Positions 13,915 through 26,810 are shown, counted from the first letter of the stretch. The stretch: DNA of 64,000 bases from Octopus vulgaris (GCA_951406725.2 OX597831.1:64418001-64482000), one strand, 5' to 3'. The notes: generated by a model not told the origin, from the letters alone. A program made the numbers and translations.

Positions 13915-14092
13915 GATGCAGGCACTGCTGTGCGGTAAGAAGCTTCCTTCACAACTACATGGTTTTGGGTTCAGTCCCACTACATGGCACCTTGGGCAAG
14001 TGTTTTCTACTATAATCTCAGACAAACCAAAGTCTTGTAAGTGGATTTGGTAGACAGAAACTGAAAGAAACCTATCATATATATGTATGTGA

Positions 14093-14139
<47 letters not shown>

Positions 14140-14610
14140 ATCCAAACATGAAAGCACAAAAAAACACAACAACGTGAGGACATGGAACAAATATAGTATT
14201 ATTGGACGCTCAGGAAAGAAGAAGGGTTTAACGTTTTGAGCGGAGCTCTTCATCGGAAACATAGGAGAAGGAAAGGTCCAGAGAAGGGAAGACAGAGGAA
14301 AAAAAGTCGCCAACGGTACACACGCGGTCACATTTTGAATCAATATATATATATAAATATATATATACATACATATAGATATGTGTGTGTGTCTTTGTGT
14401 CTGTACTTGTTCCCTTCCCCGACAACTGCTTGACAACTGGTGTTGTTATGTTTACATCTCCATAACTTAGCAGTTTGGCAAAAGAGACCAATACAATAAG
14501 TAGTAGATTTTTTAAAAAATAAGTACTGGACTTGATATATACAACTAAAATTTCTTCCGGATGGTGCCCCAGCATGACCACAGTCTAATAACTGAAACAA
14601 GTAAAAAAAA
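13915..14610 (+). mobile_element. SINE A interrupted in its internal microsatellite by a pLTR fragment (14137-14340, -)
   Basis: Head 13915-14078, body/tail 14380-14610. Confidence 0.8.
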
Positions 14611-14879
14611 TACAGGGCAGATATTGGGATGCGTTTAATATGCCCTTGCATCTTTTGTGCCATCAAATAAGGTAATTGGCCAGGTGAGTTATGGATGAGT
14701 ATGTTGGAGTGAATTGTTTACAGCGTAAAGAGAATTTGGTTGTTATCTTTTTTATTATCTGCACAATTTGAAGGCCAGGAGATGTTTAACACTCTCTGAA
14801 GTCTCCCTGCTAATAATGTCTATGAGAGAGGCAAAGTGCTTTCGTTGGAATGCGTAATCTGAAGCAATGATTGGTAAAG

Positions 14880-15175
14880 TGGGTAATGGTGGTGATGGTG
14901 GTGAAGTTAATGGTGGGTAGTGGTGATGGTGGTGAAGTTGGTGGTGGGTGGTGATGGTGGTGGTGGTGGTGGTGGTGGTGGTGGCAGTGGCAGCAGTAGT
15001 GGTGATGGTCATGTTTTCGGTGGTAGCGTTGAAGTGGGTGGTGGTGGTGGTGATGTCAGTGGTAGCAGCTTCAGTGGTGTTGGTGATAGTGGTGATATAT
15101 GGGTGATTGCAGCGGTGGTGGTTGTGATGATGGCAGGAGTAGCAGTGGTGGTAGCAGATGTTGTTGTTGTTCAAT
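14880..15175. repeat. (GGT/GAT)n low-complexity tract
   Basis: Degenerate trinucleotide repeat. Confidence 0.9.
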
Positions 15176-16236
15176 AACAAACTGTTACATCAAAAACAAC
15201 AAATTCCATAGAGATTTCCAAAATATATTAACTAATCAGTACAATGTTATTAACACTAATCACATTTGTTGAACTTGAAGATTAGCCAGACGAGAATGTG
15301 TAAGATTAATCTGGTGACACACTAAAATATATAAGGAAAGAATAAAAACAAAGCGACAAAGGAGATTGTGTTCACTATATAGTACGTGTGTATGAGTGTA
15401 TGTATGTATGTATGTATGTATATATGTATGCATGCATGTATATGTGTATTTATGTATCCATGTATGTATGTATGCATGTATGTATTATGTATGTATGTAT
15501 ATATGTATGTATGTATGCATCTATATAAATATATATACATACATATATATACACACATACACACATATACACACACACACGCACACACATATATAGGGAG
15601 AGAGAGAGTGAATGAGACCTACATATGTATATGCATACACACAAATGCACATGCACATATATATATTATACACACACACATATGCATATATACAAAAATT
15701 TATATATATATAGACAGACAGACAGATAGATAGATGCATACACATATATATATAATATATATATATATACACACACACACAAATACATACACACGCACAT
15801 ACATTTATGTGCATGTGTGGTGGGGGTGTATATTCTCTTTTATATATTTCACTTATTTCTAAATGAAATAATAAATTTATAAAAATTTATAAAAACACAC
15901 ATAAAGTAAAAACAAGCTATCATTATCCTTTGAAGAATAAGTGGTTAAACTGCTAAACTTCAAGAAGCTAGTTGCTAAAACAGCTCTTTCCTTCAAGCAA
16001 CCAGCTTCGTTAACCAGGTGTACTCAATGTCTTGATTTATATATTACAAGCTGTAGAAACACACAGCCTTAGATGAAATATCTTTGATTGATGAGATTCC
16101 TTGTCTCATAACATCTGTGGGAATATAAGCCTTCAAAACTTAACGTTATAAGTTTCTCTGAGTATGATATTCAAAGTGAATGATTATTTTCAACTGAATA
16201 TTTGTTAGAACAACTGTCAGAACCAAATGTACTTTC

Positions 16237-16273
16237 TCAGAAGCCTGGATAAGTCAGGTTTCTGTAAAGAGGC
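16237..16273 (-). CDS. Candidate last coding exon of unknown small gene ((W)PLYRNLTYPGF*)
   Basis: Acceptor ttttaagttttgcAG at 16274-16275; phase compatible with exon 17614-17641; non-repetitive context. Confidence 0.35.
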
Positions 16274-16377
16274 CTGCAAAACTTAAAATCACATGGAACC
16301 AAACCAAACTGCTTTAAATAATAATATATCTAATTCCCACTAAATGTGCTGAGTGCCTTTTTTTTCTTTTGTCCACT

Positions 16378-16417
<40 letters not shown>

Positions 16418-16620
16418 CTTTATTTAAAAGCAGCAAAAATTTAACAAAAACTGTTACTTGGAGTTTCACGTTCCCGTTCGTCGGACAGTTTTGTGTCACG
16501 GGAATGTGAAACTCCAAGTAACAGCTTTTGTTAAAATTTCTCCTGCTTTTAAATAAAGCATATTACTCTACCTTTGGTATTTGAGTACTCTTTTTTCCAC
16601 CTTGTTTCACATTTATGTGT
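16418..16620. mobile_element. Penelope-type pLTR with inverted duplication
   Basis: Arms 16418-16477 and 16498-16558 are near reverse complements; contains a hammerhead motif. Confidence 0.7.
16447..16492 (-). ncRNA. Minimal type I hammerhead ribozyme motif (U4C variant)
   Basis: aaaacugu-CCGACGA-acg-ggaa-cgu-GAA-ac-uccaa-gu-A-acaguuuu: 8-bp stem I, GNRA-capped stem II, GUA site. Confidence 0.7.
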
Positions 16621-16629
16621 TTACTTCGG

Positions 16630-16667
<38 letters not shown>

Positions 16668-17244
16668 TATGTGTATGTATGTGTGTACATATGTAAGTAT
16701 GTGTGTGTGTATGTATGTATGTATGTATTTATGTATGTATGGGAAAATTCCCTATGCTACAGGAGAAAGACATTGCAGAAGATTTCATCGTAATGCCAAG
16801 TCCTGTAGTACAAAATTTTGTCATTGGTTTTCATATTATAAAGTGAGAATGCATTCCAATAGATTTTAAAAATTTTTTTCAAAAAACAACAGCAGCAAAA
16901 GCAAGCAACAGAATAACTTTTATAAATGAAAATACAATTTCTTAACACAAATAGTATGATATTTATTCGTAAATACATTTGAGTGGAAAACATTAGGGAA
17001 TTGATAAGATTGGGAATTTTGTGATAAGGTATGTTCTAAGCATAAAAGATGTTAACTTCTGTGTGAGTGAGGGGTCATGGTGGGATGGGAGTTGCTGAGG
17101 GGATGAGGAACACTATTGTCTATCTCCTACTTCATGATCATCAATATCTGTTTGACAGGGAAAAAACTTATCCAAAATTATGTTGTGTCTGAGTAGAGTC
17201 ATATTGCCTTAATGCCTAATTATCTAACACACTTCAAAAATTCA

Positions 17245-17607
17245 AATGGAAATTGCAGTTAAGACACCCATGCCGGTGACACTTAAAAAGCACCGTCCGA
17301 ACGTGACAGATGCCAGCACCCCCTGACTGGCGTCCTTGTTCGTGGCACGTAAAAGCACCAACCAATCGTGGCTGTTTGCCAGCCTGCTCTGGCCCCTGTG
17401 CCGGTGGCACGTAAAAAATCACCCACTACACTCACGGAGTGGTTGGCGTTAGGAAGGGCATCCAGCTGTAGAAACACTGCGAAATCAGACTGGAGCCTGG
17501 TGCAGCCTCTGTGGCTTACCAGACCCCAGTCGAACCGTCCAGTCCATGCTAGCATGGAAAACGGACATTAAATGATGGTGATGATGATGATGATGATGAT
17601 GATGATG
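17245..17607 (+). mobile_element. Family C retroposon
   Basis: aaaagcacc subrepeats, ggcgttaggaagggcatccagctgtag, (gat)n tail. Confidence 0.85.
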
Positions 17608-17613
17608 ACTTAC

Positions 17614-17641
17614 CAGTACAAGTCAACATCCTTTAACAAGG
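17614..17641 (-). CDS. Candidate 28-nt micro-exon ((A)LLKDVDLY(W))
   Basis: cattgcttttgcAG acceptor and TG|GTAAGT donor. Confidence 0.4.
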
Positions 17642-17879
17642 CTGCAAAAGCAATGAAAATTTTGGAAGAAAAAATATAGATAATAAATGAGTGGAAATCC
17701 AACCAGTGAGTGTGTTAGATAGTAAGGCATTAAGACAATATGATTCTCCCCATATACAACATAATTTGCTTCAACCAACAAGTTCACATAAAGAATCTTG
17801 CTAACCAGATACAAAAATGTATACTTCAGTTGTAATTTTTGTTACATTTATGATTAGAGCTGTTATAAACCTGCAGACC

Positions 17880-19310
17880 TTTTTTCTATAAGTGCAAGCT
17901 CTTTAGCAACAATTTTTGTTGTCAATTTAAGTAGAATTGGTAAAACTTCTATATTCTCATCTGTATCAGCAGCTTGCACTTGTTCTAACAATGTCAGCTC
18001 CTTGTTAGAGAAACTTTCTCAATGAGACACTAGAAACTCGATAACATTGTCCTCTATAACTTCTTCAAAGCCTACTTTATTTGCAAGAGTCACAATATCT
18101 TTCCAAATTGGATATTGTTCTTCTATTTGTGCAAAAACTTCTAAAGTCAGTTTTACTGTCTGGTCATGTATCTTTCCAAGCACCATTCACAGTCGAGGGT
18201 TTCACTTCACTCCATGTCCTAGCTATGTTATCCACAACATTCATTATGTTGAACTAGAAATCTCTAACTGTCAGTTTATTCTTCCAGTCAATTACATTTG
18301 TAACTTGATAGTAAATTCTCAGATAATATGCCTTGAAGTTAGCTATCAAACCATGATCCATTGGCTGGAGCAAAGAAGTTGCATTCTTCAGGATATACTC
18401 TCACACTATCAGAAAGCTCTTCTAAGTTCAGTGGGTAACTTGGTGCATTGTCTAAAAGAAGTAAAGCTTTGTTGGAAATATTATGTCTGGCATTCTACAT
18501 TACTGTAGCAGGAGAAAAAGAATGTTTGTAAACCACTCTTTCAAACGACTTTTGGTCATCCATGCTTTGTTATTTGAATTGCAAATCACCATTCTGGAGT
18601 GATCCACAAGCATTAATTTCATATCACCAGTAGAATTTCTTCCTAGAAGATTTTTGGAAGCTTTAAACACTGGTGTTGATATTTCCTCATGAGAAATAAA
18701 AGTTCTAGCTGGCATGTGCTCTGAAGAATGTGCAGTTTCATCAACATTGTATTGCCTCTTTTAGTCATCTTTTTTTCAGTCGTTCAGGATAATTAGGTGC
18801 AGTCTCTATTGCTGTTGAGCGAACGGTCTTCGTCCCAGAGCTCGCAAGATGGGAGAAGTCCGAAATGTGGTCCTTTGCTATTCGTAAGACCAGCAGAAGA
18901 GAAAGCGGGTCAACCCCCGACACCGAGAGCATCGACGGATGGATGATTGCGCATCCAGGCTTAGCGGTTGCGTAGGACGTCGGGGACAAGAAACAGGAAG
19001 AAAGAGTGAGAGAAAGTTGGAGCGAAAGAGTACAACAAGGGTTGCCACCCCCACCTGCCAGAGCCTCGTGAAGCTTTAGGTGTTTTCGCTCAATAAACAC
19101 ACACAACGCCCGGTCTGGGAATCGAAACCACGATCCTCCGACCGCGACTCCACTGCCCTAACCTTTGGGCCATTGCGCCTCGGCTGCAGTCTCTGTATTA
19201 GCACAAGCAGCTTCACCAGTAATTTTTATGTCATGCAAATTCTAGCATTTCTTAAACTTGTCAAACCCATCTTTACTAGCCAGAGAAGGTTTTTCATACA
19301 AACTTTTGGG
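17880..19310 (-). mobile_element. Tigger/pogo transposase relic
   Basis: MPARTFISHEE..FKASK and NNKAWMT..KEWF (DDE_1-type) with many stops; boundaries approximate. Confidence 0.8.
18808..19184 (-). mobile_element. SINE family D (tRNA-derived) inserted in Tigger
   Basis: Head gaggcgcaatggccc..ggtttcgattcccagacc; TSD tgcagtctct at 18798-18807 and 19185-19194. Confidence 0.85.
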
Positions 19311-21179
19311 TATATATATGTATATGTATATATATATTTCAAAATACAAATAAACAAACTTAAACGAACTTTCAGAAATCTTATGTAAAATACTTATAGA
19401 AATAATCAATTCGTAGTAATATAGTATCGAATAAATACTATAAATACTATAAATATAATTATCAATGGGAATAACTAGCGAATATCAATTTAAAGAAATA
19501 ACTAAGTTATGCTATTAAATTAGACATGGCCTGGACCAATCTTTAGTCGAAACATATCTAAGTTTATCAAAGTTTATCTAATTTAATTATAAATTTAAAA
19601 CTACAATTAATACTATTAAAACATGTATATACAAAAGCCTAACTTAATACACCTCGTATGCTTGCTATCAAATAACAAATCTATCACTAAGTTGTATCTT
19701 ACGAATAAACTTAAATTTAATATCTAATAATATAGAAAATTACGATAATTAGATCATTACATAAACAACGATATTTACATAAGGAAAATATTATTACACC
19801 AAAGACTTATACAATATTAAAATTTACAATTTGAAGATCTTAAATATAAATAAATACTTATCTTTAAATATGAAAAATTAATTTATTAGGTTTTTATTAT
19901 ATGTGCATATATATTTATTTATAGAGATTATTTTAGATCTTAATATTTATATACATTTATATATTTTCATTGATAATTTATATATATTAGTCATTTTTAA
20001 ATATTTATGTAATTAGATATAGACTAATACTGATATTAGATTATTGGTGGGTTTCCTACCTTATAAATTAAAATTAATATTTAACATTATAGTAGATTTT
20101 GATATAATCATAATTGCTAAGTTTTATGTTTCTAGTTTGATAATAGAGTTTATTATAAGTAAAATTTTAATATTATTTATATCTTAAAAGTTCATTGCTA
20201 AACCTCGCTAAGATAAGTATTTATTTATATTTAAGATCTTCAAATTGTAAATTAATAATTGTAATTTGAAGTTGTGTGATTAGTAGTAAGAAAGATGTCC
20301 AAATTTCTGTAAAAATTATTGTGCAAAATATTCTGTGAAAAAGTATTTTTTTGCACCACAGCAAAACATGCACACGTATGCAGAGAGGTGCATCTGTGGT
20401 AACTTGAGCTACTACAAATAGCAGCCAAATCTCTCTTAAAACACACCCTTTCAACAATAGAATGACGTAGATTTACAATATTTGAAGAAGAAAAAAACTA
20501 TGCGATGGGCTACTCTGGGCTAAACAAAACACACCCATACTTCACATTAAAAGATTATCTACTAAATAATACTAATAAATTTGATGGTATATTTTCAAAG
20601 TTTCATTTCCTGGTAAAACTCCATGTAATTTAAGCATTTTATCATTGTGCTCTATGTAAGATATAAAGGCTGTTTAGGCAGAGTTGTCTCCCTTAGCTAA
20701 AGACCTCAAAATCGTGCGACTCAACCTTATTTTCGAGGTTATTTTTGTAGTAAAAAAGAGCTGTGCGAAAGACATACTTTATTTGGTAACCGAAAGATTT
20801 CTGAATCTTTTGACACCTCATATGTCGAAATCAGCATCTCAGTTTTTGAATCCATAAAGAACATACACAAACTTTGTTTTATATATTAAGATATATATAC
20901 AAATATATACACACACACATATATATATGTATCTTTATATACACACACACATATGTATGTTTATATATAAATATAAATGAGAGTGAGAGTGAGAGTGAGG
21001 GAATGAAAGTGGAAGCGAGGATGTGAAGGCATTGAGTAAGGGGTGGGGCTGAGGCGGTGGCGTGGGGTCTGGATGTTGTTTGCTGTTAGAGATAGATTTG
21101 GTGAACAAGGTCACATTGTGGAAAAAAAACCCGAAAAAGACATGTTTAATATGTGATGAGAATGTTGGGATGGTAATTA

Positions 21180-21545
21180 CGATGATGATGATAATGACGA
21201 TAAGGATGATGATGATGATGTGGTGGTGATGATGACGATGATGATGATGTTAATGATGACAATGATAATGATGATGATGGGGATGATGGTAATGATATAA
21301 TGGTGTTGATGATGACGACGATGATGATGGTGATGGTGGTGATGACGATGATGATGGTGATGGTGGTGATGGTGATGGTGATGATGATGATGAATTATGA
21401 TGATGCTCATCGTCATCATGATCATGATGTTGATAATGTTGGTGGTGGTGACAATGATGACAATGATGATGATGACGATGATGACGATGATGACGATGAC
21501 GACGACGATGATGATGATCATGATGATCATGATGATCATGACGGT
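21180..21545. repeat. (GAT/GAC/GGT)n trinucleotide tract
   Basis: Direct reading; followed by SINE A head 21549-21715. Confidence 0.9.
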
Positions 21546-21773
21546 GACAGGTGCAGATATGGTTGTGTGCTTAAGGAGTTTGTTTCCCAACCATGTGGTT
21601 CCAGGTTCCATCTCACTCCATGGCACCTTGGCCAAGTGTCTTCTACTACAGCTCCAGGCTGACCAAAAGGCTAGTGAGTGGATGCAGTAGATGGAAACTG
21701 AAAGAAGCCTATCATATATACATGAACATATGTATAACGTATGTATATGTATAAATATATATATATATATATA

Positions 21774-22413
21774 CTAACTGATAAGCCCAGTTTCACCCAG
21801 TAAGTTTGGATGATGTGACTGTAAAACCTGCTCTGTGTAAGCATTCAACTTGTTTGGGTACGCTTACATTAAAAAACAATTTTAGAATGACTTTTTTCTG
21901 TCAAAACACTAAAAATAACTGTCCAACAAAATAGACCAACCAAGATTCAACCAAATCAAAAAATAAACCCAAATACTAAGGGAACAAAGATAAACCATCC
22001 CACCTCCATTGTGCATGCACATGTACACACACACACGCATGCACGCACACACACATTCACATAACCCTCCCCCCCTTTACATACACACATATATTCACAC
22101 AGAGTTGAAATGCTGTTTGATTTATTTTTTTCAGCATACAATTTTCATCATCCCACTACTAAGTATGACATCACCCCTTCCTTCCTTATTCATCTATCAC
22201 CCCTTCCTTTCTCATTCATAAATACAAGAGTATTATCACAGTAGAGTATCATTATCTCAGTAACCATGGGATCTATGAGAAAAATACAAAGTTCAGCATC
22301 ACCACTGGATCATTCTACGCATCTGTGTAATTTTTCACGCAATTCCACCCAGCCGTTTGACCATGAATCCCAAGACAAGAAAGAGTCGCCCATGTCAAAT
22401 TTATATATATAGA
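21774..22413 (-). mobile_element. Non-autonomous Helitron
   Basis: Minus strand starts a|TCTATATATATAAA, ends with degenerate hairpin ctgggtgaaactggg and TTAG|t. Confidence 0.65.
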
Positions 22414-22429
22414 TATGTATATGTATGTC

Positions 22430-22855
22430 AGCCACCCTTCAATCATTTGGCAATATGCTGTGATTGTGAAGACCTGTTGAACTGAGGGAAATCATAGTCA
22501 TGGCCAATGCCAGTGCCGTCTGACTGGCACCTATGCTGGTGGCACGTAAAAGCACCATTCAAGCATTGGGCCCCATGGAGGCAGTGACAGGTGACCAAGA
22601 CCCTTCGCGATATACTGTGCTTGTGTTGACCTGTCAAGCCAAGTGAGACCGTAGTCATGGCCAATCCTGGTATCAGGTCAATGGCACCCGTGGTTGGCAT
22701 TTGGAAGGGCATCAAGCTGTAGAAACCTTGCCAAATCAGATCGGAACCTGGTGCAGCCCCTTGGCTTACCAATTTTCTGTCAAACTGTCCATCTCATGCC
22801 AGCATGGAAAAATGAACATTAAACAATGATGATGATGAGGATGATGATGATGATG
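22430..22855 (+). mobile_element. Family C retroposon
   Basis: Same tail motif and (gat)n. Confidence 0.8.
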
Positions 22856-23462
22856 AGTGTGGTAGTGTATATGTGTGTGTACGAGTGTGTATTTTAGTCT
22901 CTTTATTGTAACATCATCTGATAGTTGTAAACGAGTATCATTGTCATACAAGCAGTGTCATTCCTTTTCAATGCCTGGCTAAAGGGAAATATTACCTTAC
23001 TTAGGAACAGATAAAAGTTAGTGACAGGAAGGGCATCCAACTATAGAAAATTTGCCCTGACAAATTCCATCTTGACCATGCAAGCATTAAAAGGTGGACA
23101 TTTAATGATGATGAAGAAGATAAATAATAAACTATAATCCATCTATTTATACTAAAATTCAAAGTGTGTTTTCTTATTATTTGATTAAGATGATGAAGAT
23201 TACAAATAAAATAGTCATTTGCCCCCATTAAGAAAAAAGATCAAGTTGAAAATGTCAACACTTCAAAGGTTTGTGTCAGCTACCACCAGCCATCCTTTTC
23301 CTTACTTTTTTTTTTCCTTCCCTTAATCATTTATATTAACTTTCAGAGTCCCATAAACTTGAAAGATAGAAATTCTCCCTGTATTTTAATGAGATATTTT
23401 TGAATTATGGGTACTTGATTTTTTTTTTTTCTTAAAGGGGAAAATTACTATTTTATTTAAAA

Positions 23463-24255
23463 CTAGCAGTATCGCCCGGCATTGCTCGGGTTTGTAAGGG
23501 AAATAACTATATAAGCATTTTTAGAGATGCAAAGTATAATAGCCATCTCAATATGGCTAACCACAAAGGGGCGTGTTACTGTAGCTTTTTACATTCTGAG
23601 ATTTAATAATACATTTTTAAAGAGTTACTTTCCTTATATAATAGTAAAAAATGCATTAAAAATGGGAAAAAATTATGGTAAATTTTTTTTTAAATCGTAG
23701 ACTCATCGTAGATGCGCACTAATACCCAGAAGGGCTCGATATGAATCACGACTATAAGATACCCGCTTTTGGTTACACTGCACCGCAAAATGTGGGAGTA
23801 GTTAGGAATCTAAATCGTAGGAGACAGACACACACAACTTCACTTTTATATATAAAGACTAGCAGTATCGCCCGGCATTGCTCGGGTTTGTAAGGGAAAT
23901 AACTATATAAGCATTTTTAGAGAGTTATAGCCAAAAAATAGCAAAAAAATGCATTAAGAATGGGAAAAAAATTATGGTAAATTTTTTTTTAAATCGTTGA
24001 CTCATCGTAAACATTTTTAGAGAGTTACTTCCCTTATATAATAGCGAAAGAATGCATTAAAATGGAAAAAAATGATGGTAATTTTTTTAAAAATCGTAGA
24101 CTCATCATAGACGCGCGCTAATACCCAGAAGCGCTCGATATGAATCACGACTATAAGATACCCGCTTTTGGTTAAACTGCACCGCAAAATGTGGGAGTAG
24201 TTAGGAATCTAAATCGTAGGAGACAGACACACAACTTCACTTTTATATATAAAGA
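23463..24255 (-). mobile_element. Head-to-tail dimer of a non-autonomous Helitron
   Basis: Units 23463-23858 and 23859-24255; each TC..cccgagcaatgccggg hairpin..CTAG; A|T target. Confidence 0.9.
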
Positions 24256-24299
24256 TGGAATATCATTATCATCTTAATTAAAAGGTAGAAGAAGAGACA

Positions 24300-25230
24300 G
24301 AGAGGGAGAATCTCTTTATAGACGAAGTTCAGTTGCAATTGGAGGAGTTGAATCTCATAAGAATGGGGAAAACAAACAACAACAAATAGATTGTACGTTA
24401 TATATTTCTTTACTACCCACAAGGGGTTAAACACAGAGGGGACAAACAAGGGCAGACAAACGGATTAAGCCGATTACATCGACCCCAGTGCGTAACTGGT
24501 ACTTAATTTATCAAGCCCGAAAGGATGAAAGGCAAAGTCGACCTTGGCGGAATTTGAACTCAGAACGTAACGCCAGACGAAAATACCTAATGCTTTACTA
24601 CCCACAAGGGGTTAAACACAGAGGGGACAAACAAGGACAGACAAATGGATTAAGCCGATTACATCGACCCCAGTGCATAATTGGTACTTAATTTATCGAC
24701 CCCGAAAGGATGAAAGGCAAAGTCGACCTCGGCAGAATTTGAACTCAGAACGTAACGGCAGATGAAATACCTATTTCTTTACTACCCACAAGGGATTAAA
24801 CAAGGACAGACAAACGGATTAAGCCGATTACATCGACCCCAGTGCGTAACTGGTACTTAATTTATCGACCCCGAAAGGATGAAAGGCAAAGTCGACCTCG
24901 GTGGAATTTGAACTCAGAACGTAATGGCAGACGAAATAGAGCTACGCATTTTGCTTGGCGTGCTAATGTTTCTGCCAGCTCGCCGCCTAATAGATTGTAC
25001 GGGATAATGAAACTCTTTTAAAAGTAGTGAAATGCCACTGCAACATTGAAATCGTTGCCTCAATGAGGTCAGTTAAGCACATCACAAAGTACACACTGAA
25101 AGCTACCATTCAAATAAACAATGATAATGAAGTTAGTCAATATCTAATGGGTAGGTGTACTGGACCATCTGAAGTGGTTGCATCCATTTTAGGATTTTCA
25201 ATTCATGAAAGAGCACCTGCAATAGGGTGA
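24300..25230 (+). pseudogene. Helitron Rep fragment interrupted by SINE B trimer
   Basis: CHCNIEI..SVKHITKY..NEVSQYLMGR..SE..ILGFSIHERAP matches Helitron Rep C-terminal motifs. Confidence 0.75.
24398..24988 (-). mobile_element. SINE B with one head and three tandem bodies
   Basis: 13-bp TSD aatagattgtacg at 24385-24397 and 24989-25001. Confidence 0.9.
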
Positions 25231-25259
25231 CTGCAACATATCAGAACAATACAGTTCTA

Positions 25260-25410
25260 TATTTAAGAGATGAGGAATTATGTACATTATTTACATTTAC
25301 ATTATTTACGCTTATACCCATGGGTATATGGCATAGTGGTTAAGAGTGCAGGCTACTAACCCCAAGATTCCGAGTTCGATTCCAGGCAATGACCTGAATA
25401 ATAATAATTT
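25260..25410 (+). mobile_element. Short tRNA-derived SINE
   Basis: A box tggcatagtgg, B box gttcgattcc, (taa)n tail; no complete acceptor stem. Confidence 0.6.
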
Positions 25411-25439
25411 TTTTTTTTTACATATGTAAAAAATGCCAT

Positions 25440-26290
25440 AGAACTGCTATTATAAGAAGGCCAGGCTTGTGTAGGATGGAAGATTGCAAAGATAAAGCAC
25501 TATACAAGAAATTAAAAACGAATGAAACTGAAAATAGGTGGGTAAAGAAAAGAATGCACGGACAATTTCATAGGGATGTTGAAGATAAGACAGATAGAGA
25601 AAAAGATGGCTGTGGATGACTAAAAGTGATTTAAAAATGGAAATGGAGGCTCTAATCTGTGCTGCCCAAGAGCAAGCACTAAGAACAAACTACATAAAAT
25701 ACAGAATAGACAACACATCAGAAAGTGATAAGTGCAGAATCTGTGGAGAAAACGGTGAAACCGTATGGCTTATTACCAGACAATGTATGCTACTAGCCCA
25801 GAAAGAATATAAGAGATGCCACGACAATATAGCCAGGCTTGTCCATTGGACACTTTGCAACAAGTATGGACTTGACAGAGCAAAAAATTGGTACAACCAC
25901 AAACCTGAAAGCATTGTCAAAAATAGAAATGCAAAGACCCTATGGGATTTTATGATTCAGTGCGACCATGAGATAGAGAATAGGAAGCCAGAAATAGTCT
26001 TAATTGAGAAAGAAAACAAACTACGCTGGATCATAGATATAGCATGCCCAGCTGACAACAAGGTATGCAATAAGGAAGAAAGAAAAGTCGAGAGATATGA
26101 CAGGTTAGCTTGGGAAGTTAAGCAGTTGTGGTCAATGAAAAAGGTGGTAGTAGTACCAATAATTGTCAGAGCCCTGGGAACAGTGAGTAAAAATCTCGAG
26201 AAGTACATGGAACAAATAGGGGCTGCAATAAGGGTGGAGCACTTGCAGAAAACAGCACTGCTTGGAACCGCTGGAATATTCCAGAAGGTG
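25440..26290 (+). mobile_element. R4/Dong-clade non-LTR element, 3' end (CCHC knuckle + restriction-like endonuclease)
   Basis: AAQEQALRTN, CRICG..ET, RCHDNIA, RKPEIV, IIDIACP, KVERY, ALLGTA. Confidence 0.9.
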
Positions 26291-26492
26291 CCAGTCAAGG
26301 CAGTGCTGGCATCGACCACGTTCGGATGGTGCTTTTTACATGCCACCAGCTTTGGGGCCAGTCAGGCAGCACTGGCATCAGCCACGCTTGAATGGTGCCT
26401 TTTATGTACTACTGGCATGGGTACCAATCAGGTGGCACTGGCATCGGCCATGAATACAATTTCACTTGACTCAACAGGTCTTCTCAGTACAA
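26290..26492 (-). mobile_element. Family C internal fragment
   Basis: ggtgctttttacatgccacc subrepeats. Confidence 0.65.
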
Positions 26493-26496
26493 CATC

Positions 26497-26539
<43 letters not shown>

Positions 26540-26810
26540 AAAAGTACAAGATAGTACCAACATTACTAGAAATAAGAGTAAAAAAATGACTCAAAAAGCC
26601 AAAAATGCACCATCTGGTACTATTTTGTACCCTTGTTTATTAATTTGCCTTTAGGTTTTAATTGCTAATGGTCCATCTATATGATAATATATTTATATAT
26701 TGTATTATTTTATTTATACCATATATATATAGGGAGAGAGAGAGAGAAAGAGGGAGAGAGATACATACATGCATAAATATATACATATAAATATATATAT
26801 ATATACATAC

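Noticed and set aside
25322-25390. tRNA gene
   Set aside because: A and B boxes present but acceptor stem incomplete and followed by a (taa)n tail; SINE
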